Below are positions 55,148 through 64,000 of a stretch of DNA of 64,000 nt, in pieces. Source of the DNA: Eledone cirrhosa (lineage: Eukaryota); NCBI GenBank assembly GCA_964016885.1, contig OZ024741.1, forward strand, positions 155,372,001-155,436,000. The letters are read 5' to 3'. The translations under genes were made by a program, and so were the position numbers. Under the pieces are notes generated by a model, which made no database searches, was not told the DNA's origin, and was given only the letters and a program-made list of their open reading frames with translations. How positions within the stretch are numbered: position 1 is the stretch's first letter; each line of letters opens with the position of its first letter.

Positions 55148-57986
55148 TCATTAGACCCCTTAGGTATCATTCCTAGAGCGCCTACAACCACTGGTATTGT
55201 TTTATTTCTCAATTTCCACATTTTTCCAATTTCTATCCCCAGGTCCTTATACTTGCTCAATTTTTCAAAGGTTTTTATAGATACATTCTTGACTATTGGA
55301 ACGGACATATCAATTAGCAGGCATACCCTCTTTTTAAAGTCCTTCAATATTATATCAGGTCTATTTGCATCTATTTTTCGGTCTGTTTGGATGCTAAAGT
55401 TCCACAAGATTGCGATGTGATCTTTTTCAAGTATGGGAGGTGGTTGATGCTCCCACCAATTCTTTTGATGGGGCAGGTCAAAATGCTTACACATTATCCA
55501 ATGTATGTATTGTCATGCCTGTTTAGGTTTTCGCTTGGAGCTATAGGACTGCACATTGAAATTATTATATGATCAATGGTCTCTGCTTGTTTTTTACATA
55601 CACGGCATAATGGGCTGCATCTATTTTTTATTATGTTGGCTTGGTAATTTATGTTGGCTTGGTAACTGATATAATAAGTCCTTCAGTCTCCGATTTCAGT
55701 CCAGATGATGCCAACCACTGATGGGTTAAAGTTTTGTCAACATCAGGATCGTTAGCTCGTTCTGGGTATTTTCCATACAGAGGCTTTTCTTGCCATTTCT
55801 TATCCAGTTTCTGTAGCAGTTCTTTCTTTGCAGTTACTTTTATCTGCTTTGCTTTTTCTGTGTTTTCTATTTCAGCAGTAAATGGGACTTCTGAAATTTG
55901 TAGTCCATTACTGTATTTTTGTGCATCTTTTGTAATGGAGTATGATCTTTTGATGCTTTCGTGTTTCAAAACGAATTTGATCATCCAATCATGTGATTCC
56001 CTTAGATATGTAGATAATCCAATTGTTGCAGTTTTCAACGCAATGTCTAACGGGATTAACCCACGTCCTCCTTCTTTCCTAGGGAGATATATTCTACCTG
56101 TATCTGCCTTAGGGTGATGCATTCTGTGTATGGTTAAGAATTTTCGAATTTTTGTATCGAGCCTACGGATCTCTGTGCTTGACCAGTTGATGACATTGTA
56201 ACTGTAGGTTACTACTGGTATGGCAAGCGTGTTTATGGCATCGATCCTATTCCTTGCATTCAATTCCGTTCTTAAGATTGCTCTTACTCTGCGGTAACAT
56301 TCCTTCCTTATCCTTTCCCTCATTGTCGAGTGCGTGATTCCGTCTCCTTCACAAACACCTAGATATTTGTAAGTTTCCTCTTGATCAAGTTCTCTTATCA
56401 CATTCCCCCGATCAAGATTAATGTCTGAACTTTTCAGCAGCTTTCCTCTGGTGAACGTTGCTTTGGCGCATTTATCTAGTCCAAACTCCATTTTAATGTC
56501 ATCACTGAAATGCTCCACAGTGGATAATAACCCTTGCAATTGTTCATCATTTTTTGCAAATAGTTTCAGGTCATCCATGTAGAACAAATGATTAATCCAT
56601 GTTTTGTTTCATTGAGCATTTTACTTAATGGTATAAGTGCGATGCAGAATAAAAGCGGGGATAAAGAGTCACCGTGAAAAATTCCACAATTAATATTAAC
56701 TTCTCCAGCTTCCAGTGATTTTGTTTCACTATTCAAATGGAGTGTCATTTTCCATGTCTTCATACTGAATGACAAAAACCTTCTGACAACGGGAGATATT
56801 TTGAAAATCTCTAAACATTTTTCAATCCAACTGTGTGGCAAACTATCGAATGCTTTTTTATAATCTATCCAAGCAATTGATAGATTTTTGTGTCTATTAT
56901 GACAATCTTCCAGTATCATTTTGTTAACCAAGAGCTGATCCTTACAGCCATATGAGTCTCGTTTACACCCTTTCTGCTCAATGGGAAATAGGTCATTTGT
57001 TATCAGGTGGTCATATGTATATTCAGTTAGGACTGATGTTAAAATTTTATACATTGTGGTCAAGCAAGTTATCGGTCTGTAATTTTTGGGATTGTTTGTC
57101 TCATCATTCTTCGGAAGCAGGAATGTAATGCCGTTAACTAGCCATGATGGTATCTTTTCTGGCTCCTTAACTATTTCATTGTAAAGTTGGGCTAACAGCT
57201 CATGAGACTCTGCGAAGGCATATATCCAAAGATTTTGTATTTTGTCTTTTCCTGGGGATTTCCATTTGCTGGTTTTTCTTAGAGCCAAGTGAAACTGTTC
57301 AACTGTTATATTTTCCCATGTTTGTTCCCCAAGGTGAGCTGTATCTTTCATTTGTCTGTCTATCCATGGGGCATGTATATTATGAACTTTTTCTTCGGCC
57401 CAGATCTTTTCCCAGAATTCTTGCACTTCCTCCTTGGGTGGTATTGATTTAGCAGTTATTGTTGACTTACCAATTTTTCTGTAGAAGTTTCTTTGGTTGT
57501 TTTTGAACATATTATTGTCCTTATAGAATCTAGATCGCTTTTCAAAGCGCCTTATACGAGCAGCTTTGGCCGACACTTTTTGCTTGATAATTTCTATCAG
57601 CATGTCTATGTCACTTGTTGATTTAATACTGTACTTTCTTTTCAATTTTCTAAGTTTAGTTTGTTTAACATGTTCACCTACTTTATAGTTTGTTAAAATT
57701 TCTATGTCAGATCGGAGAAGTTTTATTTGGCGATTGATGTTCTCTTGCCAAGTAGATTTCTTGTGGGAGTTCCTTTGTTTTTTCATCTTCACTCCACATA
57801 AGTGAGTGGTGACTTTAGCCGATGCATAATAGAGATGATTTAAATCAGTAATGTTTAGTTTGTTTGTGATGATAATGTTTTTGAGAATTATGTTAGTCTT
57901 GTGTATTATCTTTTGGTTCTGTTTGGAGTTCTGGATCTTAGGGAGGGTGTCTCGTTCCCCCATGTCAGTTTCTTTCATTTTCATCC
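55061..57986 (-). mobile_element. R4/Dong-like LINE (RT, zinc finger, RLE), frameshifted and truncated at both ends
   Basis: KSPGKD, YRPITCL, EQKGC, WIDYKKAFDS, GIFHGDSLSP, FYMDDLK, GGRGL, ANRPDII..IDMSVP. Confidence 0.92.
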
Positions 57987-58556
57987 GTATTTTGACTAAA
58001 GAAATTAAAGAAATTATTTAGCCTGATAGTGGGGTTAAGAACCCTCGGAGAAATGGAAAAAGATGAGTATTGACGTACATGGGAGTCGACATTACAGTCG
58101 CTAAGTGTATAGCTTCTAATTTAAATAGAAAAAGATGGTTGATGTGTTGGTGTAAATGGTAGCACAGTGATCTGGATAACCAAAGATGTGGGTTCGACTC
58201 CCATGTACGTCAATACTCATCTTTTTTCCATTTCTCCGAGGGTTCTTAACCCCACTATCAGGCTAAATAATTTCTTTAATTTATTTAGTCAAAATACGGC
58301 GATAGCTTACATTTCTAATAATTTCAAACCCGCTCGCTGTTTCGATAATATTCTTACTTGACATTACAGTCGCTAAGTTTATAGCTTCTAATTTAAATGG
58401 CAAAAGACGGGTGATGTGTTGGTGTATATGGTATCACAGTGATCCGGATAACCAAAGATGTGGGTTCGACTCCAATGTACGTCAATACTCATCTCTTTCC
58501 ATTTCTCCGAGGGTTCTTAACCCCACTATCAGGCTAAATAATTTCTTTAATTTCTC
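57986..58556. repeat. Tandem and inverted copies of a ~195-bp unit containing a tRNA-like cloverleaf
   Basis: Units at 58088-58290 and 58360-58556; 57986-58089 is an inverted partial copy. tRNA-like segment at 58141-58212. Confidence 0.7.
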
Positions 58557-59179
58557 TAGTTATATATATATATATATATATGTGTATGTGTGTACATGTA
58601 TATATATATAGTGTGTGTGTACATGTACATGTATATATATATATATATATATGACGGCGATGAATTTGTTTTGCGAGGTTTTTGATATGAAATCGTGTGC
58701 CGAAACGAATATTATTATACTTGGGGAGGGTTATATTGTTGTAATAATATTGCCAGAAATAATAACAGAACACACTCACTGTTTGGTTGGCTTTCGCTTC
58801 TGTATATTTTATATCTCCGCAGTTAAATCATTTGATCCTCAATGTTTATCAGTGACTGACCAACGGTCAAAAATACAGATATATATATATAGTCTAACAA
58901 AGTTCTTTCGTTGCACATCTGCAACATCATCAGTGGTACTATTATGTTTCCTCCTGTTGTATTGTATGCTTACACCATTTTTATTTTATTTTATCTATTT
59001 ATTTATTTTTTTTATTTTTATTTTTGTTTTCTCTGCGCATGCGTTTGCGCGTGTGTATAGTGTTTGGTGTGTGTGTTCACGTTTGGGTGACTGTGTTTTG
59101 GTTATTGTATTCTATTTTAGTTTACTAGTGTGTGTTTATACGTGTTTGTTGTTCTTGTGCTTGTGTATATCTATCTAGG

Positions 59180-61030
59180 GCGGGTAAAATTCCCGAGATC
59201 CATGGGCGAGTTCTCTCCAGCGGTCTCTGTCCCTCATTATCGCTGCCATGTCCTGCATCTCCAACAGACCAGTGCCTGTCCTTAGGGCATAAACATATGT
59301 TAACTTCGGTATTCCTCTTCCAGTGTGTCCATGCAGGGGCTCCTACGGGAGCACTGAGTGCTGTGTCAACTCTGGATGTCGGTGAGCATGTCCAGCCAAC
59401 CTCAGTCTCACCTGTGTCACCCTCGAGCGGACTTTTGGGAGGCTCCCGTACAGCTCTGAATTCTTTATCCTCAGTGTACACTGATTAATGTTCAGAGCCA
59501 TCCTCAGCATTCTAGTGTAGCGCCCAAACCGATCTCAAGCTGTGGCACACCGCCCAGGCCTTGCTCTTCCTCTCGACCACATCATCTTCCGTATTCCCAA
59601 TCTTTGCTCCCAAATACAGGAAGTCCTCAACCAATTCTAGCGGCTTCCCACCTACATTAGTAATCTTCTCTGGCTTCTTAATATTCTCTACCAGATATTT
59701 TGTTTTAATCTCATTCATTCTCATCCCCACCCATCGACAGTCTTCACCTCCTGCATCAAACCCTCTGCCTCCTTCACTGTGTTTGTCACCAAAACTATGT
59801 CGTCGGCAAATTCAGCATCCGGTATCTTTTTCGCCTTAACTCTCCTGCTCTGAGCCGGTGTTACACTAAAGCCAGAGTCCTGGTGTTTCTCCAGTGCAAG
59901 CGCATACAATAATCCACTACGATGATAAAAAGGTAGGGAGCCAATGTATCCCCCTGGAGCACTCCAGCCAGTATCTCAAAGAACTCTGTCATCCCATCAG
60001 GTGTAATGACTTGGGTTTGGTGTTGGTGTAGAGTAGTGACATCAGGTCCACTATCTTCTTGGGGATTCCATAAGCCTGTAAGATCTTCATCAGGCAGTGA
60101 CGGTCCACAGAATCAAAGGCCTTCCTAAAATCAATGAAAACCATGACCGCAGGAAGGCACTTTTCTCTAGCTCCCTCTAATATCCTCCTCAGCATCAGGA
60201 TGTGTCTGGCGGTTGATCTACCCTCTCTGAAGCCGTTCTGGTTGTCCCTGAGCTTCTTCTCCATCTCGAGCTGGATCCTGTTAAGAATCATCCTGTTGAG
60301 GGTCTTTGCCATAAGTGATGTCAGTGAGATCCCTCTGTAGTTGTTGGTGTTAGAGAGATCTCCCTTCTTTGGCACTGGGACGATGCTACTGATCCTCCAC
60401 TGATTCGGGGCATCACCTTTCTCCAGTGCCTGGTTACAGGACTCCAGGATGATATCATCAAAATCACATCATTTCATCACCTCTGATGCCATTCCATCTT
60501 CTCCATGAGCCTTGCTCTCATTGATCTTCCTCTTGGCTCTCTGACGCTCCTCTCTCGTGAAGGGTCCTGTCTGAATTTCTAGTTCTTCAACCAGCCGCCT
60601 GATCTCCCCAGTGTTCTGGGCAGTGGAGGGCGGCTCTCCTAGTAGTGTCCTAAAATGGTCTAGCTATTTCCCCTTCCTATACCCGGGTCCTGTTTCCTGG
60701 ATCTGACTCAAACACCTTCTCTTCCTCCCTGTGATCTCGTTGATGATCATCCAGCTCTCCTTACATCCAGATCTGTCAACCGCTCTCTCCACACTTCTGA
60801 TCTTCTCTATCAGTGCCTCCTCTCTGGCCTCAGTGTAAGCGGTACAGAGTTATTCCCTCATCACCTCCACAGTCTCCATCCTCTCCTCCATAGGATCAGC
60901 ATAGAATTGCTCCTTGGCAGCTTTCAGGTGTTCTCTGGCTGTACACACTTTTAGGTCAGCAGAGCTGACGTGCTTCCTTTTGTTCTTTCTCCTCGGCACC
61001 AGGGTCTCACTTGCTTCCACCACTGCATTG
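59180..61030 (-). pseudogene. RTE-like LINE reverse transcriptase, degenerate
   Basis: PKKGDLSNTNNYRGISL, NQNGFREGRST, FIDFRKAFDSV, GVLQGDTLAPYLF, EFADDIVL, FLYLG. Confidence 0.88.
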
Positions 61031-61188
61031 TGGCAGAAGCAAGTGAGACCCCGGTGCATTGGTGAAGTACCCATACCTCCTCGCCACACTTTCCTCAGTC
61101 CCTCCAATCTCTCTCTCCTCTGTCTCTCCACACAGAGCACTGAACCTGTTCCTCACTTCTACTGTGAACATCTCCTGTAGTTTATCAT

Positions 61189-61261
<73 letters not shown>

Positions 61262-61334
61262 TATATGTATATATATATAGTATATATGTATATATGTATA
61301 TATGTATATATGTATATATAGATGTATGTATGTA

Positions 61335-61372
<38 letters not shown>

Positions 61373-61502
61373 ATGTAGGAGGTGAGTTTTATTGTAGTAC
61401 AATAAAGCAATGCAGATATCGGATAAGAAGCACTCTACAGTTTGTAGGACTGGAGTATACATAATATATAAGATCAAAAGATGGTTAAAGGAGTTCCATG
61501 TA

Positions 61503-61569
61503 TTTTATTATGCGCATTTCAAAAACAAACATCATCATGCAATAATATTTGTGTTTTCATCAGATAAAA
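61503..61569 (-). ncRNA. Minimal hammerhead (left arm of palindrome)
   Basis: Reverse complement of 61692-61758. Confidence 0.85.
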
Positions 61570-61691
61570 CAGGAGAACATGATATGAAGGGTAAAAAACA
61601 CTTGTGGATAGTGCAGTTTTAAATCAACATATGTTGATTTAAAACTGCACTATCCACAAGTGTTTTTTAGCCTTCATATCATGTTCTCCTG

Positions 61692-61758
61692 TTTTATCTG
61701 ATGAAAACACAAATATTATTGCATGATGATGTTTGTTTTTGAAATGCGCATAATAAAA
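61692..61758 (+). ncRNA. Minimal hammerhead (right arm of palindrome)
   Basis: ttttat CTGATGA aaaca caaatattatt gcat gatgatgtttg ttttt GAAA tgcgca TA ataaaa. Confidence 0.85.
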
Positions 61759-61789
61759 TACATGGAACTCCTTTAACCATCTTTTGATC

Positions 61790-61797
<8 letters not shown>

Positions 61798-61826
<29 letters not shown>

Positions 61827-61922
61827 TGTATGTATGTATGTATGTATGTATGTATGTATGTATGTATGTATGTATGTATGTATGTATGTATGTATGTATG
61901 TATGTATGTATGCATGTATGTA
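61798..61922. repeat. (ATGT)n microsatellite
   Basis: Seen directly in the sequence. Confidence 0.97.
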
Positions 61923-61925
61923 TAA

Positions 61926-62529
61926 GGTCACCACTTGGTGCTACTGGTAACATGTATCCCAGTACAACCTGACTCATGGTCGGGTCGTTGGCGACTAAAC
62001 TGGCAACCCCACCAAGGTTTCTTGGTGAGGAGGGTGACTTTGGACATCCTGCAGGACTAAAAACAAAACCTGTCAAAGGGCAAAGGAGCTCTTAAGAGTC
62101 AATGGCCATCCAAAATCACTGGGAGAGATGACCCCTTAGCCTTTGTCAAGGCAGAATTCTAGGAGAAGGAAAACTCTGATATAACACCTGCAACCCTGAT
62201 GGTATCCAATGATGTTGACTTGCTCTTCTTTTTGGTAAATATCATCTTGGTTAAGAAAGTGGGACTGGCTTTGTGCAGTGCCTTTGCTCACTATAAAAGC
62301 TTCACGGTACAGGCATTGCTTTATATCTGGAGATCTCTCTGCACTTGTCGTCACATGGTACCAAAGGCAAAGCACTATGTGTCAATAATTGTCACAAGTG
62401 TAGTGTTTGTACCAGAGTTTTCAAGTCGCTGGCTGGACTAAAAAGTCACACTCGTTCAGCGCATCGGTAGGGGTTCTCCTACATGGATATAAAGTAGTGG
62501 CCGTACTCGAAAACGAGTTGGCAGCCACC
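61926..62529 (+). mobile_element. ~605-bp non-coding repeat, full copy
   Basis: Matches the reverse complement of 36575-37183. Confidence 0.8.
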
Positions 62530-62833
62530 ATGTATAAGGTATTATCAGCCATTGAAAAGAAATCTCGGGAATTTTATCCAACCTAGATATATATACATTT
62601 CAACATCCTCGTTTCTTAAGTGCTGTCCATAAAATCTCAATAAAATACAATCCTGTTATGTTTTATTGCAGTTTCAAGCACTAAATTATTTTCCTTTATC
62701 GTATAAAATAGAACTGAAACCATTATTAAGACAACTATTACAACCGATTAGTTTATCCCCTTTTTATTGCCTTTCCGTTAAATATCTCCTTCTTACGTTG
62801 TTGTCTCTAAGTAATCAAGATATCTTCACTCAA

Positions 62834-62950
62834 AGCGGCGAATTGGCAGCCGTTAGAATGATGAATATTTCTGGCCAAAGGCGGTGGATAGGGAGTATCG
62901 GTAGAGCATCAGATAATATGCTTTTCAGCATAGAGTTACGGCCCTGAGTT
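62834..62950 (+). mobile_element. Family-A SINE head fragments (two in tandem)
   Basis: gcggcgaattggcagccgttag and ggcggtggatagggagtatcggtagagc. Confidence 0.55.
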
Positions 62951-64000
62951 ATGACCTGGAAAGAGATTCTTTCCGCCAGGTTTAAATAACCCGACGGCGT
63001 CTCTAGGACTCAATCAGTAGTTCAGGGACCAGGGGATTACTTATTAATGCAGTAAAAGGCAGTTCTGAGTTTCCAGTTTCCGCAGTTTTCATGGTTTGTT
63101 TATTTATATTATTTTAAAAAAATATAAATTTTCTGGTCTCAGTCATTATTCTGCGGTCATGATGGCTCACCGCTTTTATTCAGGCAATTATATCAACCCC
63201 CAATACGCATTGTTTCAAGTCTTCTCGTTAAGGAGGGATTACAATCCAAATAACCAATGAGAAGATTAGTAGTATTGGAAGTGGAGGGGTTTTCATATAA
63301 AGGAAGGACTAAGGCTGGTCATGTAACATACTTTAATCATATATTGTAGAAAGAAAAAGAAAGAAGAGAAAAGAGGAAAAGAAAGGAAACCGAAGTGACC
63401 AGAAAGGATGAAATTACGTTGAAACGCTATAAATTAAATTGAGGGACCAAATATTAGATTTTATCTCAACAGAAATCAACAATAGAGGAGACAAGCAGGC
63501 ACCAATACGAATAAAGGCAGCGAGAAGGAAAGTGGTGTAAGGAGGGGGGGGGGGGAGTAATTTAACTGGTATGGATACAGAAACACAGGATCCAATCCTA
63601 TGTTTGCCAGGGTGATACTTAGCGAAAGTTTAAAATAAATTACGTTGGCAGTTGAAGATTCTATTTGGCAAATATGGATTTCTAAATGTTTATAAACATA
63701 CCGTATTTCTTTAGAAACACGAAATTCAAATACATACAGCTATGTTCGAAGCTAAATTCTAGTTCTATTCTATTTTAAGTTGAGCCAACTTATATAGATA
63801 TGCAAATGAGATTAATAACCTCATTGACACAGACGAAAAAACTATATGCAACATGCACTGCATGCGTTATAGAATCTTGAGTTGATCAATTGCGTCGGTT
63901 GAAGCAAGCAGAATTTTGGCTGCTTACTAAAACGTATAGACACAAATAAAGATAACACAAACACACACACACAAACACACGACAGCTTTGGGGCAAGCAG

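Noticed and set aside
58022-58056. CTGATAG-ggggtt/aaccct-GAAA as a hammerhead
   Set aside because: The core does not fit CUGANGA and stems I and III are absent.
58141-58212. Functional tRNA gene
   Set aside because: The anticodon arm is irregular, the acceptor stem is mostly G-U pairs, and it sits in a repeated unit.
61926-62065. Complete HDV-like ribozyme at the 5' end of the 605-bp repeat
   Set aside because: P1, P3, L3 and P1.1 could not be assigned by eye; only a P4/J4-2-like piece is visible.
62950-64000. Possible host exon or promoter in the unique-looking end of the window
   Set aside because: No ORF of note, splice pair or recognisable motif could be supported.

Overview
Animal (eukaryotic) genomic DNA made almost entirely of retroelements and microsatellites, with no recognisable host gene. 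The very long (AT)n/(AC)n/(TAA)n tracts and the SINE family suggest a cephalopod such as octopus; this is an inference. It contains four Tx1/L1-clade LINEs (zinc-knuckle ORF1; APE-RT-zinc-finger ORF2), five R4/Dong-like RT/restriction-like-endonuclease LINE fragments, an RTE-like and a CR1-like fragment, at least six Penelope-like elements (PLEs), many tRNA-derived SINEs and a ~600-bp repeat present four times. All large ORFs are disrupted or truncated. The most striking signal is about 15 type-I hammerhead ribozyme motifs in PLE terminal repeats, folded by eye. They fall into several families, show covarying palindromic stem III sequences, and include non-canonical cores: a U3-A8 swap, U4C in three apparently unrelated families, and A6U. 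Other observations: a 14-kb chain of insertions with strict polarity into (TAA/TTA)n, a SINE tail resembling the Tx1 3' end, and a splice-donor motif overlapping the ORF1 stop in all four Tx1 copies. Boundaries were read by eye and are approximate.
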